NCBI GenBank assembly: GCA_043813305.1
Contig: JBDRLC010000017.1
Span: forward strand, 85-64,084
Source of the DNA: Candidatus Omnitrophota bacterium
GTDB lineage: Bacteria > Omnitrophota > Gorgyraeia > Gygaellales > Profunditerraquicolaceae
Direction: 5' to 3'
DNA: 64,000 nucleotides
The position numbers and the translations under genes are program-made. The notes under the pieces were generated by a model. It had not been told where the DNA came from. It did not search any database and saw nothing but the letters and a program-made list of their open reading frames with translations. This document shows positions 30,001 through 42,134 of the stretch, piece after piece; the stretch's first letter is position 1; every line of letters starts with the position of its first letter.

Positions 30001-31083
30001 GTACGCTGGGACCCGTATTCATCTTCGGTTCTAACCGAAGTAATGGGTACGGTAAAATTTGAAGATTTACGTGAAAACGTCACTGTCCGCGAGGAGCTAA
30101 ACCCGGTTACAAAATTAATAGAGCGAGTAGTAGTAGAGCATAAACAAGAATACCATCCTCAGATAGTAATCTTAGATGAAAGCAAGGAAGTCTTAGGAAT
30201 TTATCCTATTCCGGTAGGTGCACATATTCTGGTAAAAGACGGCCAGAAAGTAGGCGCGGGAGACCTCCTGGCTAAGATTCCGCGCTTGGTAGTGAAAACT
30301 AAAGATATTACCGGGGGTTTACCACGAGTCGCAGAATTATTCGAAGCCAGGCGTCCTAAGGACCCCGCAGTAATCAGCGAAATAGACGGTTTCGTAGAAT
30401 TCGCAGAGAATAAAAAAGGACAGCGGTTGATCGTCGTAAAATCCTCCACAGGCATGCAGAGAGAATATCTCATGCCGCACGGAAAACATCCCAATGTCTA
30501 TAAGGGCGATAAAGTCATCGCCGGCCAGCAATTAACTGACGGTCCCGTAGTTTTACAGGATATTTTAAGGGTTTGCGGAGACAAGGTCTTGCAGGAATAT
30601 TTAGTCAACGAAGTACAGGAGGTCTACAGGCTTCAGGGCGTGCGGATAAATGATAAGCATATTGAATTAATCATCAGACAGATGCTAAAAAAGGTAAGCA
30701 TAGAAGATCCGGGAAGTACTGAGTTTTTGCCTATGCAACAAGTTGATAAGTGGAAATTCCAGAAAGAAAATTCGCGCGTGATTAAAAAGGGTGGGAAACC
30801 GGCTCAGGCAACTCCCTTACTACTAGGCATTACCAAGGCATCCTTAACTACAGAAAGCTTTATCTCTGCTGCCAGTTTCCAGGAAACGACAAAAGTGCTT
30901 ACGGAAGCAGCCTGTTCGGGTAAAAAAGATGAGTTGTTCGGTCTGAAAGAGAACGTCATCGTCGGACACCTGATACCCGCCGGTACAGGTTTCCGTGATC
31001 ATCGTGATATTGAGATGGAGAAACACGCAGAAGTAAAGACAGAGCCTCAGAAGCTAGAAAAAGGCAGTAAAAAGAAGGAATAA
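27034..31083 (+). CDS. rpoC: DNA-directed RNA polymerase subunit beta'
   Basis: 1349 aa with a zinc motif ([12 protein letters not shown]), [12 protein letters not shown] and [15 protein letters not shown]. Confidence 0.98.
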   Translation: MEQVVTFDNITIKIASSQVIKSWSKGEVRKAETINYRTLKPEKDGLFCERIFGPVRDWECNCGKYKGIKFKGITCDRCGVTVDRSKVRRERMGHIELAAPVTHIWFFKAVPSRMSALLDIGLRDMEKIIYYEEYVVIDPGSTPLKKKELLSEEKYQECLAKYGANFKAKIGAEAVNDLLKELDLDSHCRKLRRDIDKSKDALNNRKNLKTLKIVEDFKKSGNKPDWMILEILPVIPPDLRPLVPLDGGRFATSDLNDLYRRVINRNNRLRKLMELSAPEIIIRNEKRMLQEAVDALLDNGRHGKPVLGANNRPLKSLSDMLKGKQGRFRQNLLGKRVDYSGRSVIVVGPELNLHECGLPKQMGLELFQPFIIKKLREKGFVHTIKGARRMVERGKIEVWDILDEVIQDHCVLLNRAPTLHRLGIQAFQPVLVEGKSIKIHPLVCTAFNADFDGDQMAVHVPLSLESQLEVKILVLSINNIFSPADGRPIVTPTQDIVLGLSYLSKEKPGAKGENKVFADPDEVLIAFDDKAVDLHAAIKLRVEKVFILEDKKIISEKQLLPTTVGRVFFNQMLPEGFGFVNMELNKRNVGDIVIECYKRFGHAACVKLLDDMKKLGFEMATLGGISIGIDDLQIPEEKQEVLRASKAEVAKVENQYRQGIITDSERKAKIIDIWTHTTDNISDLLFKKMERFNPIFMMADSGARGSRLQIRQLAGMRGLMAKPSGEIIESPITANFREGLNVLEYFISTHGARKGLADTALKTADAGYLTRRLVDVAQEVIVNVHDCGTLNGITVSAIIEGDEEVVSLKDRIVGRVALDNIVDIITDEQIIKAGEEILEEKADMIERLGIEKIRIRSVLTCESGRGVCTKCYGINLASGRLVEVGEAVGVIAAQSIGEPGTQLTMRTFHIGGTASRIIAQSSIKSKNKGIVKFHNLRVTFKNKEFIVLNRNGSISINDKHARELERYTVPHGAILIIADGQEVNKGVAFVRWDPYSSSVLTEVMGTVKFEDLRENVTVREELNPVTKLIERVVVEHKQEYHPQIVILDESKEVLGIYPIPVGAHILVKDGQKVGAGDLLAKIPRLVVKTKDITGGLPRVAELFEARRPKDPAVISEIDGFVEFAENKKGQRLIVVKSSTGMQREYLMPHGKHPNVYKGDKVIAGQQLTDGPVVLQDILRVCGDKVLQEYLVNEVQEVYRLQGVRINDKHIELIIRQMLKKVSIEDPGSTEFLPMQQVDKWKFQKENSRVIKKGGKPAQATPLLLGITKASLTTESFISAASFQETTKVLTEAACSGKKDELFGLKENVIVGHLIPAGTGFRDHRDIEMEKHAEVKTEPQKLEKGSKKKE

Positions 31084-31090
31084 TACCAAT

Positions 31091-31462
31091 ATGCCGACTA
31101 TTTCACAACTGATTAGATTAGGAAGAATAAGCAGAAGGAAGAAAACAAAATCACCGGCTTTAAAGGCTTCTCCGCAAAGACGCGGCGTATGCCTGCAGGT
31201 AAGGACAATGACTCCGAAGAAACCCAACTCTGCTTTAAGAAAGATCGCCAGAGTCAGATTAACCACAGGTATTGAAGTCACCTCATACATACCCGGAGAA
31301 GGCCATAATCTGCAGGAACACTCCATCGTTTTAGTTAGAGGCGGACGTGTAAAGGATCTTCCGGGCGTAAGGTATCATATCGTCAGAGGAACCCTGGATA
31401 CGGCGGGAGTGAGCAACAGAAAGAAATCACGTTCTAAATACGGAGCAAAAAGACCGAAATGA
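31091..31462 (+). CDS. rpsL: 30S ribosomal protein S12
   Basis: Pattern: [35 protein letters not shown]. Confidence 0.98.
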   Translation: MPTISQLIRLGRISRRKKTKSPALKASPQRRGVCLQVRTMTPKKPNSALRKIARVRLTTGIEVTSYIPGEGHNLQEHSIVLVRGGRVKDLPGVRYHIVRGTLDTAGVSNRKKSRSKYGAKRPK

Positions 31463-31929
31463 GAAGAAGAAAAGCACGTGGAAAAGAATTAACCGCTGAC
31501 CCTAAATTTAACAGCAAGATAGTAACAAAATTTATAAATATGTGCATGATGAAAGGGAAGAAGTCTTTAGCGGAAAAAATTGTCTATGGTTCGTTTGAAA
31601 AAATCAAGGCACAACTCAATGAAGCCGATGTGATAAAGGTATTCCATAAGGCATTAGATAACGCCCGTCCTCGCCTGGAAGTAAAGCCCAGACGTGTCGG
31701 AGGTGCAACTTATCAGATCCCGATTGAAGTCAGGCAGGAGAGAGGTACTTCTATTGCCTTGCGTTGGATCAGGGATTTTGCCAGGTCGAAGAAAGGAAAA
31801 TCATTAAAAGATAGGTTGGCCGATGAGATAATCGCAGCATATAAGGGAGAGGGTTCATCAATCAAAAAGAGAGATGATACCCATAAGATGGCCGAAGCCA
31901 ATAAGGCCTTTGCACATTTTAAATGGTAA
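31459..31929 (+). CDS. rpsG: 30S ribosomal protein S7
   Basis: S7 pattern ([17 protein letters not shown]). Confidence 0.97.
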   Translation: MRRRKARGKELTADPKFNSKIVTKFINMCMMKGKKSLAEKIVYGSFEKIKAQLNEADVIKVFHKALDNARPRLEVKPRRVGGATYQIPIEVRQERGTSIALRWIRDFARSKKGKSLKDRLADEIIAAYKGEGSSIKKRDDTHKMAEANKAFAHFKW

Positions 31930-34025
31930 TGTTGAGAAAAATCGCATTAGACAAAATCAGGAATATCGGGATTATCGCGCATATAGATGCAGGTAAGACT
32001 ACTACTACCGAACGTATCCTATATTATACTGGTAAAACCTATAAAATCGGCGAGGTAGATGAAGGTACAGCTACCATGGATTGGATGGCCCAGGAGCAGG
32101 AAAGGGGAATTACTATCACCGCGGCCTGCACTACCTGCAAATGGAACGATATCACTATAAACGTGATTGATACTCCCGGACATGTGGATTTCACCGTAGA
32201 AGTGGAGAGGTCATTAAAAGTGCTGGATGGCGCAGTGGTAGTCTTCTGCGGAGTAGGCGGTGTCGAGCCTCAATCAGAAACCGTATGGAGACAGGCAGAC
32301 CGTTATGAGGTACCGAGATTAGCTTTTGTCAATAAATTAGACCGCACGGGCAATAATTTTTATGATGTCATTGATCAGATGCATAAAAAGCTGGGAGCGA
32401 ATGCAGCAGCAATACAGCTGCCGTACTTTAAGAATAGTGAATTGACAGGTATGATTAATTTAATTGACGATAAGCTAATCCTATATAAAGATGCCTCTGG
32501 TGCAGAGTATGAATCTGTGGAAGTACCCGGCGAGTCACGTAACGAAACTGATAAATACCATAACATCATGCTAGAGAAGATTGCAGAGGCAGATGAAGAA
32601 ATCATGGATAAGTTTGTCCATGGCAAAACGATTACTGCCGAGGACATTAAAAAAGCAATCCGTAGCACAGTTGTAAAGAATAAATTTGTTCCGGTTTTAT
32701 GCGGCTCATCTTTAAAAAACAGAGGGACTCAACCATTGCTTGATGCTATATGCGAGTATCTCCCATCACCGCAGGATGTGCCGCCGATGAAAGGGATAAA
32801 TCCTGATACTAATGAATATGAAGAGATTCCTGCATCAGATAAAGCTCCTCTCTGCGCTCTCTGCTTTAAGGTAGCGACTGATTCCTACGTCGGCAAGTTG
32901 CATTACGTAAGAATGTATTCAGGTACGCTAAAATCAGGTGAATATATCTATAACTCTTCGAAGGGAATCAGAGAACGGATTACTAAATTAGTTAGAATGC
33001 ACGCCAATCGTCAGGAAATCATCGACCGGCTGTATACCGGCGACATAGCGGCAGCGGTAGGTTTAAAAAATACTAAAACCGGTGATACGCTTTGCATGGA
33101 AGCAAAACCTTTATTGATCGAGTCGATGCATTTTCCGGAACCGGTAATACAACAGGCAATCGAACCCAAAACTAAACAGGACCAAGAAAAATTAGGTTTT
33201 GCTTTACATAAATTAGCTGAAGAAGATCCATCTTTCCGCGTTAATTATAATCAGGAGACTGGTGAAACAATTATCTCCGGTATGGGGCAGTTGCATTTAG
33301 ATATCGTAATCGACCGGATCATGCGCGAATTTAACGTGGAAGCTCAGGTGGGTTCGCCTCAGGTAGCATATCGAGAGACAGTAACCAAGAAGGTTGTAGT
33401 CACAGGTAAATTTATCCAGCAGTCCGGCGGTAGAGGCCAATACGGCCATGTCGTTCTCCAGATAGAACCTCAGGAGATGCCGGGAACAGGCATAACTTTT
33501 GAAAATAAAATCAAAAGCGGTGCGATTCCCCGGGAATATATTCCTTCGGTGGAAGACGGAGTACTGGGAGCCGCAAAGAGCGGTTCGTTATCCGGGTATC
33601 CGGTCACTGATACAAAAATCACATTAATCGACGGGTCTTTTCATGAAGTTGACTCTTCTGAAATGGCCTTTCAGATGGCAGGTGCGATCGCTTTCAACGA
33701 CGGACTGAAAAAAGCAGGCCCGATTTTATTAGAACCAATCATGGATATGGAGATCACCGTGCCCGAGGAATATATGGGTACGGTAATCGGAGATCTTAAT
33801 GCACGGCGAGCAAAGATAATCTCTCTTAACACCCGGGCAAATATTCGCGCAATCAGGACTTATATTCCTCTAGCTGAAATATTTAATTATGCCACGGTGC
33901 TAAGGTCTTTAACCCAAGGCCGGGCATCCTATACAATGGAGCCCTCATTTTATACTGAGGTGCCTTCACATATAACGGAAAGAATTACCGCAGGATTCAC
34001 GGCTACAGGTACAAGAAGGGTTTAG
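31923..34025 (+). CDS. fusA: elongation factor G
   Basis: Pattern: [36 protein letters not shown]. 700 aa; the start may be ATG 31929. Confidence 0.97.
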   Translation: MVMLRKIALDKIRNIGIIAHIDAGKTTTTERILYYTGKTYKIGEVDEGTATMDWMAQEQERGITITAACTTCKWNDITINVIDTPGHVDFTVEVERSLKVLDGAVVVFCGVGGVEPQSETVWRQADRYEVPRLAFVNKLDRTGNNFYDVIDQMHKKLGANAAAIQLPYFKNSELTGMINLIDDKLILYKDASGAEYESVEVPGESRNETDKYHNIMLEKIAEADEEIMDKFVHGKTITAEDIKKAIRSTVVKNKFVPVLCGSSLKNRGTQPLLDAICEYLPSPQDVPPMKGINPDTNEYEEIPASDKAPLCALCFKVATDSYVGKLHYVRMYSGTLKSGEYIYNSSKGIRERITKLVRMHANRQEIIDRLYTGDIAAAVGLKNTKTGDTLCMEAKPLLIESMHFPEPVIQQAIEPKTKQDQEKLGFALHKLAEEDPSFRVNYNQETGETIISGMGQLHLDIVIDRIMREFNVEAQVGSPQVAYRETVTKKVVVTGKFIQQSGGRGQYGHVVLQIEPQEMPGTGITFENKIKSGAIPREYIPSVEDGVLGAAKSGSLSGYPVTDTKITLIDGSFHEVDSSEMAFQMAGAIAFNDGLKKAGPILLEPIMDMEITVPEEYMGTVIGDLNARRAKIISLNTRANIRAIRTYIPLAEIFNYATVLRSLTQGRASYTMEPSFYTEVPSHITERITAGFTATGTRRV

Positions 34026-34047
34026 AAGAACTAAAGGAGGTGTCTAA

Positions 34048-35253
34048 ATGGCTAAAGAAAAATTTGTAAGATCAAAACCACACGTAAACGTAGGGACTAT
34101 CGGCCACATTGACCATGGCAAGACTCTCTTGACTTCCACGATTACTCACGTGCTTGCGAAATTAGGCAAGGCTGAAGCTAAATCATACGCTGATATTGCC
34201 AAGGGTGGAGCAGTAAGAGACGAATCCAAGATTTTGACTATTTCTGTCGCACACGTTGAGTACGAAACGGATAAACGCCATTACGCACATATCGATTGCC
34301 CCGGTCATGCAGATTACATCAAAAACATGATTACCGGCGCAGCGCAGATGGACGGCGCAATCCTTGTTGTCTCTGCCGCCGATGGCCCAATGCCTCAAAC
34401 CAGAGAGCATATACTTCTGGCAAGACAAGTCAACGTTCCGGCTATGGTAGTATTTCTAAATAAGATCGATGTGGTTCAAGATAAAGAGCTGATTGATCTT
34501 GTCGAAATGGAAGTAAGGGAGCTGCTTACTAAATACGGCTACCCCGGAGATAAGACTCCTATCATAAAAGGAAGTGCTCTAAAGGCAATGGAAGCAAGCT
34601 CAGATCCTAATAGCGAGGCTTGCAAGCCAATCATGGATCTAATGAAAGCAGTAGATGATTTTATTCCTACACCGGTCAGAGAGATGGATAAACCATTACT
34701 CATGGCTGTTGAAGACGTGTTTAGCATCGAAGGTAGAGGGACAGTTGGTACGGGAAGAATCGAACGCGGTAAGGTCAAAGTAGGCGAGGAAGTCGAACTA
34801 GTCGGCTTAAGGCCAGAGGTAAAAAAGACGGTTGTCACCGGAATCGAAATGTTCAGAAAGATTCTTGAGGAAGGTCAAGCAGGCGATAACGTTGGATTGC
34901 TCTTAAGAGGCGTGGATAAAGATACTATCGAGCGCGGTATGGTTATTGCTGCGCCTAAATCCATCACTCCTCATACAAAGTTTAAAGGCAAAATTTATAT
35001 TCTAACTAAAGAAGAAGGCGGAAGACATACGCCTTTCTTTAAAGGTTACCGCCCGCAGTTCTACTTCAGAACCACCGATGTTACGGGAAGCGTAACATTA
35101 CCTCAGGGCGTTGAAATGGTCATGCCCGGAGACAATATTGATTTGGAAGTAGAATTGATTACGCCTATCGCTATGGAGAAAGAGTCACGTTTTGCAATTC
35201 GTGAAGGCGGGCATACAGTCGGTGCCGGAGTGGTAACAGAAGTTGTTGCCTAA
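34048..35253 (+). CDS. tuf: elongation factor Tu
   Basis: Pattern: [45 protein letters not shown]. Confidence 0.98.
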   Translation: MAKEKFVRSKPHVNVGTIGHIDHGKTLLTSTITHVLAKLGKAEAKSYADIAKGGAVRDESKILTISVAHVEYETDKRHYAHIDCPGHADYIKNMITGAAQMDGAILVVSAADGPMPQTREHILLARQVNVPAMVVFLNKIDVVQDKELIDLVEMEVRELLTKYGYPGDKTPIIKGSALKAMEASSDPNSEACKPIMDLMKAVDDFIPTPVREMDKPLLMAVEDVFSIEGRGTVGTGRIERGKVKVGEEVELVGLRPEVKKTVVTGIEMFRKILEEGQAGDNVGLLLRGVDKDTIERGMVIAAPKSITPHTKFKGKIYILTKEEGGRHTPFFKGYRPQFYFRTTDVTGSVTLPQGVEMVMPGDNIDLEVELITPIAMEKESRFAIREGGHTVGAGVVTEVVA

Positions 35254-35277
35254 AGCGGAGCTTAATTAAATAATAAA

Positions 35278-35577
35278 ATGCAGAAGATTCGCATAAAATT
35301 AAAAGCTTACGATCATCGTCTCTTAGATCAGGCAGTAGCTGAAATCGTAGATACGGTTAAACGGACGGGTGCAAAATTATCCGGCCCAGTACCGCTGCCT
35401 ACAAAACGCGAGATTTACACTGTACTGCGTTCTCCGGTAATAGATAAAAAGTCCCGCGAACAATTTGATCTTTCAACCCATAAACGCCTGATTGATATAT
35501 TTGAGCCTACGTCCAAAACGATCGATTCATTGAGAAAATTGAATCTACCGGCTGGAGTTTACGTGGAGATAAAGTAG
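35278..35577 (+). CDS. rpsJ: 30S ribosomal protein S10
   Basis: Pattern: [13 protein letters not shown]. Confidence 0.97.
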   Translation: MQKIRIKLKAYDHRLLDQAVAEIVDTVKRTGAKLSGPVPLPTKREIYTVLRSPVIDKKSREQFDLSTHKRLIDIFEPTSKTIDSLRKLNLPAGVYVEIK

Positions 35578-35578
35578 G

Positions 35579-36214
35579 ATGATTGCATTGATAGGTAAAA
35601 AAATAGGGATGACCCAATCCTTTACCGAGAAAGGCGAGCTGCTTAGCGTAACTGCTATTGAAGTAGGTCCCTGCCCGATACTTGGGATCAAAGATAAAAA
35701 CATACAGATAGGGTTTGATCCAGTTAATGAAAAACGGGTTAAAAAACCTATATTAGGTTTTTTTAATAAAATAAAGGTTGCTCCTCGTAAAGTGATCAAA
35801 GAAATCCTTAGGGATGCCGGTAGAGAGTATAAAATCGGAGATGAGCTAAAAGTAGACCTCTTTAAATCCGGAGATTTCGTTGATATCACGGGGGTATCTA
35901 TCGGAAAAGGGTTCCAAGGCGGAATGAAGCGCTGGAATTGGCGCGGGGGCCCCAGAAGCCATGGTTCGATGTCTCATAGGCGCGTTGGTTCTATCGGCTC
36001 AAGCGCAACGCCCAGCAGAGTTTTAAAGGGAAAGCATCTACCGGGACATATGGGCCACCAGCAGGTAACCATACAGAATCTACGGGTCGTAAGTGTTGAT
36101 GCGCAAAATAATTTAATGCTGGTTAAGGGTGCTGTCCCCGGCCATAAGAACAGCTATATGGTAATAAAAACAGCAAAGAAGAAGGCAGTGAAAGTAATCA
36201 AAGAGAAAAAATAA
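35579..36214 (+). CDS. rplC: 50S ribosomal protein L3
   Basis: Pattern: G.KIGMTQ.F, GKGFQG.MKRWN..GGP.SHGS..HR..GSIG. Confidence 0.97.
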   Translation: MIALIGKKIGMTQSFTEKGELLSVTAIEVGPCPILGIKDKNIQIGFDPVNEKRVKKPILGFFNKIKVAPRKVIKEILRDAGREYKIGDELKVDLFKSGDFVDITGVSIGKGFQGGMKRWNWRGGPRSHGSMSHRRVGSIGSSATPSRVLKGKHLPGHMGHQQVTIQNLRVVSVDAQNNLMLVKGAVPGHKNSYMVIKTAKKKAVKVIKEKK

Positions 36215-36218
36215 TTAA

Positions 36219-36881
36219 ATGGAAGCGATTACCTTACCTATATACAACAACGAAGGCAAAGAAGCCGAATCGATAAAACTCGATAAAGATGTCTTTGATG
36301 GCAAGATTAACTCCGCTGCCTTACATCAGGCTGTAGTAGCATACAGGGCTAATCAGAGAATGGGCCTGGCTTGCGTAAAAAGTAGAGGAGAGGTTTCTGG
36401 AGGAGGCGTTAAACCCTGGAGGCAAAAGGGAACCGGAAGGGCAAGGGTAGGCTCTATACGTTCACCTCTCTGGCGCGGCGGAGGCGTAACCTTCGGGCCG
36501 GTACCAAGAGATTTCTCCGTTAGATTACCAAAGCAGATTAAGAATCTAGCACTTAAGTCGAGTTTGAATGTTAAAGTAAAAGAGAAGAATTTCATTATTC
36601 TTGATGACTTTAAGCTTCAGAACCCTAAAACAAAACAAGCAGCAAAGATATTTTCTCATCGGCTTTTCCAGTTATCAAACCGGAAAAAGAAGGGAAAGGC
36701 ACTCAAACTTTTGCTTTTAATGGCAAAACCAGATAAGAATATAAAGCTCGCTCTACGTAATATTGATTTTCTAAATTTCGAGTTAGCGCAAGACGTCCAT
36801 GCATACGATATACTCGCTTGTCATAGGCTGGTGATTACTAAAGAAGGGCTTAGTCAGATTACTAAAAGATTAAAAAAATGA
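36219..36881 (+). CDS. rplD: 50S ribosomal protein L4
   Basis: Pattern: SGGG.KPW.QKGTGRAR.GS.RSP.W.GGG..FGP. Confidence 0.96.
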   Translation: MEAITLPIYNNEGKEAESIKLDKDVFDGKINSAALHQAVVAYRANQRMGLACVKSRGEVSGGGVKPWRQKGTGRARVGSIRSPLWRGGGVTFGPVPRDFSVRLPKQIKNLALKSSLNVKVKEKNFIILDDFKLQNPKTKQAAKIFSHRLFQLSNRKKKGKALKLLLLMAKPDKNIKLALRNIDFLNFELAQDVHAYDILACHRLVITKEGLSQITKRLKK

Positions 36882-37156
36882 TTAGTAGTTACGATATAAT
36901 TAAGTCAATTATCCGCACAGAAAAGTCAACCCTACAGGAACCTGAGGGTAAATATCTTTTTCTGGTGAATAACTGCGCTAACAAGTTTCAGATCAAGCGC
37001 GCTGTTGAAGAAGTCTATAAAGTAAAGGTAAGTAATGTGAATACTTTTATTTCCGGGGGGAAGCTAAAAAGAGTAAGGCATCAGCTGGGCAGGACACCGG
37101 ACTTTAAAAAAGCGATAGTCACATTGAAAAAAGGCGAGAAGATAAGTGAAGCTTAA
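36878..37156 (+). CDS. rplW: 50S ribosomal protein L23
   Basis: L23 pattern (I..P..TEKS, F.V...A.K..IK.AVE..Y.VKV..VNT) and operon position. Confidence 0.95.
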   Translation: MISSYDIIKSIIRTEKSTLQEPEGKYLFLVNNCANKFQIKRAVEEVYKVKVSNVNTFISGGKLKRVRHQLGRTPDFKKAIVTLKKGEKISEA

Positions 37157-37177
37157 ACTTATGGAGCAATAGCAAAC

Positions 37178-38011
37178 ATGGGCATAAAAAAATATAAACC
37201 AGTAACTGCAGGAAGGCGCTGGATGACCGGTTCTGATTTCTCTGAAATCACTAAGAAGAAACCCGAGAAATCATTAATCCTGCCGCTTAAGAAGAGTGGC
37301 GGCAGAAATGTCTACGGCCGGGTTACCGTTCGTCATCGCGGCGGTGGGCACAAAAGGATGCTTCGGATAATTGATTTCAAACGGAATTTATTCGATATTC
37401 CCGCTAAGGTAATTGCTATCGAATATGACCCCAACCGCTCGGCAAGGATAGCCCTGCTGGAATATCCGGATAGGACAAAAAGATACATCCTCAGCCCTAT
37501 CGGACTAAACGTAGGGGATTCGGTTATTTCGTCTAACCAGAAGGATATCGAGATAAAAACGGGTAACTGCCTTCTTTTAAGGTACATCCCTTCGGGCACA
37601 TTGATACATAATATAGAGATAACTAAGGAACGAGGCGCACAGATTGTGCGAGGAGCAGGGACTAGCGCTCAGATCATGGCAAAGGAAGGCGGACTTGCTC
37701 ATATCAGGCTTCCTTCCGGAGAGATAAGGTTAATTAGCCTTGATTGTCATGCAACCATCGGCCAGGTAGGCAATATTGAACATGATGCAATAAGTATAGG
37801 CAAAGCCGGCAGGAGCCGTTGGATGGGAATAAGGCCATCAGTCAGAGGTGTAGCAATGAATCCCGTAGATCACCCTCACGGAGGAGGCGAAGGAAAATCC
37901 GGACAGGGAAATCCGCATCCGGTAACACCATGGGGAATGCCTACCAAAGGATATAAAACAAGAAAAAAAGTGAAGTATTCTGACAAATTTATCGTTAAAA
38001 GAAGGAAATAA
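37178..38011 (+). CDS. rplB: 50S ribosomal protein L2
   Basis: Pattern: GR...[24 protein letters not shown]. Confidence 0.98.
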   Translation: MGIKKYKPVTAGRRWMTGSDFSEITKKKPEKSLILPLKKSGGRNVYGRVTVRHRGGGHKRMLRIIDFKRNLFDIPAKVIAIEYDPNRSARIALLEYPDRTKRYILSPIGLNVGDSVISSNQKDIEIKTGNCLLLRYIPSGTLIHNIEITKERGAQIVRGAGTSAQIMAKEGGLAHIRLPSGEIRLISLDCHATIGQVGNIEHDAISIGKAGRSRWMGIRPSVRGVAMNPVDHPHGGGEGKSGQGNPHPVTPWGMPTKGYKTRKKVKYSDKFIVKRRK

Positions 38012-38016
38012 TAAAG

Positions 38017-38304
38017 ATGCCGCGCTCAGTAAAAAAAGGACCGTTTGTCGATGAGAAGTTATTAAAGAAGGTGGAAAAGTTACGCGGACAAGGGCTACGC
38101 CAGGCGATTAAAACCTGGTCAAGAAGATCGACGATCATACCGGAATTCGTAGGGCTGACTTTTGCCGTGCACGACGGGAAAAAGCACGTGCCGGTATTTG
38201 TCACGGAGAATATGGTAGGCCATAAACTCGGCGAATTTGCCCCTAGCCGAATATTTAGAAAACACGGAGGCGTGAAAGCCAAGAAAGCAGTAGATAAGAC
38301 ATGA
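38017..38304 (+). CDS. rpsS: 30S ribosomal protein S19
   Basis: Pattern: [32 protein letters not shown]. Confidence 0.98.
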   Translation: MPRSVKKGPFVDEKLLKKVEKLRGQGLRQAIKTWSRRSTIIPEFVGLTFAVHDGKKHVPVFVTENMVGHKLGEFAPSRIFRKHGGVKAKKAVDKT

Positions 38305-38633
38305 TCGCTAAAGCAGAAGGAAAATTTTTAAGAATCGCACCGACAAAAGTAAGGCAAGTTATGGGATTAATCCACCGTCAGGACGCCAAGAGAGCCCAGA
38401 GCATACTTCTCTCCTGTAATAAGCGCCCGAAAGAGTTGTTAATTAAGATACTGAATTCAGCGATAGCGAACGCAAAAGTAAAAGGCTTTAATATTGACCA
38501 GCTATATATATCTAAAATAGTCTGCAATCAAGGCCCGAGCTGGAAAAGATTCAAGGCAGTTGCTTTTGGTAAGGCAGCGCCGATACTCAAGAAAACATCG
38601 CACATAAGAATCGAATTAGATTTAAAAAGGTAG
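38301..38633 (+). CDS. rplV: 50S ribosomal protein L22
   Basis: L22 pattern and operon position. Confidence 0.95.
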   Translation: MIAKAEGKFLRIAPTKVRQVMGLIHRQDAKRAQSILLSCNKRPKELLIKILNSAIANAKVKGFNIDQLYISKIVCNQGPSWKRFKAVAFGKAAPILKKTSHIRIELDLKR

Positions 38634-38641
38634 GCTAAATT

Positions 38642-39361
38642 ATGGGACAAAAAGTTCATCCGTTTATCTTGAGAGTTGGTTTTATAAAAAATTGGCACAG
38701 CCGTTGGTATGCTAAAGGCGAAGATTTCGCTAAATTTATTGAAGAAGATTACAAAATCAGAAAGTTCATCAAGAAGAGATTTAAGCAGGCGGCTGTTTCT
38801 AAAATAGTGATTGAAAGGTTAACCGAAAAAACTAGGATTCGTATCTCATCAGCCAGGCCGGGAATTATCATTGGCCGAAGAGGAGCAGATATTGAACGCC
38901 TGCGCGAAGAATTAGACGGGTTGGTTAGAAACGAAATAGCTATAGATATCGAGGAAATAAAAAACCCGGCCCAGGACGGCCAGCTCGTAGCAGAGAATAT
39001 TGCATTCCAATTGGAGAGAAGAGTCGCTTTCAGGCGTGCGGTAAAAAGAGCTATGTCGCAATCGATGAATGCGGGAGTCCAGGGAATCAGGGTCACCTGT
39101 TCCGGAAGGTTAAACGGAGCAGAGATGTCTCGTACCGAAATGTATAAGGAAGGGAAGGTTCCGCTTCAGACTTTACGCGCGGATATAGATTACGGTTTTG
39201 CCGAAGCATTAACAACATATGGCTTAATCGGTGTTAAGGTCTGGATTTATAAGGGAGAGATACTTACGAAGAGAAGCTACAACATACATCAGGCGAATGA
39301 TGAAAATAATAAAAAATTTTCTGACGGGGCAAGAAGAGAAAAAAAAAGGGTTAATTTTTAA
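38642..39361 (+). CDS. rpsC: 30S ribosomal protein S3
   Basis: Pattern: MGQKVHP...R.G....W.S.W.A, a KH domain, GRL.GAE..R.E...[13 protein letters not shown]. Has a short basic C-terminal tail. Confidence 0.97.
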   Translation: MGQKVHPFILRVGFIKNWHSRWYAKGEDFAKFIEEDYKIRKFIKKRFKQAAVSKIVIERLTEKTRIRISSARPGIIIGRRGADIERLREELDGLVRNEIAIDIEEIKNPAQDGQLVAENIAFQLERRVAFRRAVKRAMSQSMNAGVQGIRVTCSGRLNGAEMSRTEMYKEGKVPLQTLRADIDYGFAEALTTYGLIGVKVWIYKGEILTKRSYNIHQANDENNKKFSDGARREKKRVNF

Positions 39362-39375
39362 GGAGACGCATTTCG

Positions 39376-39792
39376 ATGGTAATGATGCCCAGGAGAGTAA
39401 AATATCGTAAGCTGCAAAAAGGAAACAGGCGTGGGCTTGCAACTACAGGCTGCACTTTAGCCTTCGGCGAATTCGGCTTGAAGACCATGGAGAACGGGTG
39501 GGTTAAGAATTCACAGATTGAAGCAGTACGAGTAATTCTAGCAAGACAATTACATAAGGGCGGAAAACTTTGGATCAGGGTCTTCCCGGATAAACCAATC
39601 ACCAAAAAACCTGCGGAAGTGCGTATGGGCAAAGGGAAGGGCGAGATTGATCATTGGGTAGCGGTAGTAAAGAGAGGAAGAATCATTTTTGAATTAGGAG
39701 GGATTCCAGAAGAATACGCCAAACAATGTTTCAGGCTGGCTGCTTATAAGATTGGCCTTAGAACAAAATTCGTAACCCGGATTCATAAATAA
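39376..39792 (+). CDS. rplP: 50S ribosomal protein L16
   Basis: Pattern: P.R.KYRK...G...G. The true start is probably ATG 39382 or 39385. Confidence 0.96.
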   Translation: MVMMPRRVKYRKLQKGNRRGLATTGCTLAFGEFGLKTMENGWVKNSQIEAVRVILARQLHKGGKLWIRVFPDKPITKKPAEVRMGKGKGEIDHWVAVVKRGRIIFELGGIPEEYAKQCFRLAAYKIGLRTKFVTRIHK

Positions 39793-39793
39793 T

Positions 39794-39994
39794 ATGTCGA
39801 TAGAAAAATTAAAAAACTTATCTAAGGAAGAGCTGCTTGTGAAACAAAGAAGCCTTAAGCAAGAGCTCTTTAAGCTTAACCTGCAGCGTTACGGCGGCAG
39901 AGTAGAAAAACCGCACATGTTTTCGATCATTAGGAAGGATTTGGCGCGGGTTAAGACTATCTTACGCCAGCAGGAACTAAAAGAGAAAAAGTAG
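39794..39994 (+). CDS. rpmC: 50S ribosomal protein L29
   Basis: 66-aa L29 pattern (L..LS.EEL......LK.ELF.L) and position. Confidence 0.93.
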   Translation: MSIEKLKNLSKEELLVKQRSLKQELFKLNLQRYGGRVEKPHMFSIIRKDLARVKTILRQQELKEKK

Positions 39995-40001
39995 GGGTAA
40001 A

Positions 40002-40283
40002 ATGGGCAGAAAAAAAGAGTTTACCGGTGTAGTGGTTAGTGACAAGATGCAAAAGACGGTAGTAGTGAGAGTGCTACAGATTGGCAAGCATCCCAAATAC
40101 TCAAAGACAATAAAAAAGTATAATAAATTCAAAGCGCACAACGAAAAGGATCTTGCTAAAACAGGGGATACCGTACTTATACAGGAAACCAGGCCACTTT
40201 CAAAAGATAAAAGATTTAGGGTAATAAATATCGTAAAAAAGGCCGCGAGCCCTCATCTGACAATAAAGGAAGACAGAGAATGA
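40002..40283 (+). CDS. rpsQ: 30S ribosomal protein S17
   Basis: Pattern: G.VVSDKM.KT.VV.V......HP.Y.K..K...K..AHD. Confidence 0.95.
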   Translation: MGRKKEFTGVVVSDKMQKTVVVRVLQIGKHPKYSKTIKKYNKFKAHNEKDLAKTGDTVLIQETRPLSKDKRFRVINIVKKAASPHLTIKEDRE

Positions 40284-40648
40284 TTCAATTACGCAGCATA
40301 TTAGATGTAGCAGATAATACCGGAGCAAAGAGGGCTTCTTTAATCGGAGTTCTTGGGAGGAAAGGAAAAAGTTTTGCCGATGTCGGAGATATCATCAACG
40401 TTAATGTCAAAGAATCTTCCCCGAATGCTGCAATTAAGAAGGGTGAAGTCGCCAAAGCAGTTGTCGTCAGGACTAAAAATGCAATCAAACGTATAGACGG
40501 TTCTGTTCTGAGGTTTGATCGTAACGCGATCGTATTTATCGACCCACAACTTAATCCGAAAGGGACACGCGTATTCGGACCGGTAGCAAGAGAATTAAGA
40601 GAGAAAAAATTTACAAAGATAATATCTTTAGCACCTGAGGTGATTTAA
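40280..40648 (+). CDS. rplN: 50S ribosomal protein L14
   Basis: Pattern: MIQ..S.L.VADN.GAK. Confidence 0.97.
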   Translation: MIQLRSILDVADNTGAKRASLIGVLGRKGKSFADVGDIINVNVKESSPNAAIKKGEVAKAVVVRTKNAIKRIDGSVLRFDRNAIVFIDPQLNPKGTRVFGPVARELREKKFTKIISLAPEVI

Positions 40649-40959
40649 TGCATAAGATTAAACAAGGCGATTTAGTTCAGGTAATCAAAGGCAGAGATAC
40701 CGGAAAGAAAGGAAAGGTCTTGGATATCTTGCCGGGAGCCAAACTTGCACTGATCGAAGGTATAAATTTTGTGAAAAAGCATAAACGCCAGACTCGTCAG
40801 GATCAACAGGGCGGAATCGTATCGATAGAAGCACCGGTCAGCCTTTCAAATTTAGCGGTTTTCTGTAAACAATGTAATAGTTCTAGGCGATTGGGCTTTA
40901 TGAGATTAAAGGACGGAACAAAATCCCGGATTTGCCGCTCCTGTAAAGGAAACGTATAA
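40648..40959 (+). CDS. rplX: 50S ribosomal protein L24 (with CxxC-X19-CxxC tail)
   Basis: KOW motif (IK.GD.V.VI.G.D.GK.GKVL). The C-terminal part is FCKQCNSS...ICRSCKG. Confidence 0.95.
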   Translation: MHKIKQGDLVQVIKGRDTGKKGKVLDILPGAKLALIEGINFVKKHKRQTRQDQQGGIVSIEAPVSLSNLAVFCKQCNSSRRLGFMRLKDGTKSRICRSCKGNV

Positions 40960-40960
40960 A

Positions 40961-41512
40961 ATGATCCCTAGACTACTTGAAAGATACAGAAAAGAAATAA
41001 TTCCAGCGATGATGCAGACTTTCCAGTTAAAAAACAAGATGAGCGTTCCGCATCTAGAGAAAATCGTAATTAACATGGGAGTAAGCGAAGCGGTAGCTGA
41101 CATTAAAATCATGGAGAAAGCCGTTGACGAATTGGGTGTAATCACAGGACAGAAGCCGATCATCAGGCGCGCAAAAAAAGCGATCTCGAATTTTAAAATC
41201 AGAAAAGGGCTTCCTGTAGGCTGCAAGGTTACTCTAAGGCGTGCTAAAATGTATGAGTTCATGGACAGGCTATTAAATGTCACCCTACCGAGAATTCGAG
41301 ATTTTCGAGGGGTTTCAACCGAGGCCTTTGATGCAGCAGGGAATTACAGCTTAGGCTTACAAGAACAGAATATTTTTCCGGAAATTGAATATGACAAGAT
41401 CAGTCGCCAACAGGGTATGGATATCACTTTCGTGATCAAGAACGCTGATTCTAAAGAAAAGGCGCAAGAATTGTTAAAATTATTCGGCATGCCTTTTGAG
41501 ACAGGACAATAA
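40961..41512 (+). CDS. rplE: 50S ribosomal protein L5
   Basis: L5 pattern (NVM.VP...KIV.NMGV.EA, G.P.G..VTLR, FPEI.YD). Confidence 0.97.
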   Translation: MIPRLLERYRKEIIPAMMQTFQLKNKMSVPHLEKIVINMGVSEAVADIKIMEKAVDELGVITGQKPIIRRAKKAISNFKIRKGLPVGCKVTLRRAKMYEFMDRLLNVTLPRIRDFRGVSTEAFDAAGNYSLGLQEQNIFPEIEYDKISRQQGMDITFVIKNADSKEKAQELLKLFGMPFETGQ

Positions 41513-41515
41513 AAC

Positions 41516-41701
41516 ATGGCAAAGACTTCACAGATAGAGAGATGGAAGAGAACTCCTAAGTTTTCTACCCGAAAGCATAACCGCTGCGCTATCTGCGGTA
41601 GATCCGGCGGATTTCTTAAAAGATTTAAGCTTTGCCGGATTTGCTTCAGAGAGTTAGCCTGGCAAGGGATGATTCCGGGAATAAAAAAAGCAAGTTGGTA
41701 A
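41516..41701 (+). CDS. rpsN: 30S ribosomal protein S14 type Z (zinc-binding, 61 aa)
   Basis: Pattern: MAK.S.I.....[31 protein letters not shown]. Confidence 0.96.
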   Translation: MAKTSQIERWKRTPKFSTRKHNRCAICGRSGGFLKRFKLCRICFRELAWQGMIPGIKKASW

Positions 41702-41728
41702 CTGATCTTAAAGGGAGAGAGAGAATAA

Positions 41729-42124
41729 ATGGGTAGAACTGATTTAATCGCAGATGTGTTTACCATAGTGCGCAATGCCGTAATGGTCCAAAAGGATAGT
41801 GTCGAGGTTCCCTCTTCCAATACGGTTAAATCTATCCTGGAGATCTTAAAGAAAGAGAATTATATCGATAATTTTAAGATTATGCAGGATAAAAAACAGG
41901 GTTTAGCCAAAATCTATTTAAAATATACCGGGAAAAAACCGGCAATCCGAAATATCAAGAGGGTTTCCACACCCGGATTACGCCGCTATGTCAAGCACGA
42001 TAAGGTACCGTTGGTCTTAAGGGGTAAGGGCCTTGCAATTATCTCGACCTCAAAAGGCATCATGACTGACACCCAGGCGCGTGAATCTGGGCTGGGCGGA
42101 GAAGTAATCGGATTTATTTGGTAA
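41729..42124 (+). CDS. rpsH: 30S ribosomal protein S8
   Basis: S8 pattern (D.IAD..T..RNA, PGLR.Y, GG.EV...W). Confidence 0.96.
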   Translation: MGRTDLIADVFTIVRNAVMVQKDSVEVPSSNTVKSILEILKKENYIDNFKIMQDKKQGLAKIYLKYTGKKPAIRNIKRVSTPGLRRYVKHDKVPLVLRGKGLAIISTSKGIMTDTQARESGLGGEVIGFIW

Positions 42125-42134
42125 ATGAGGATAT

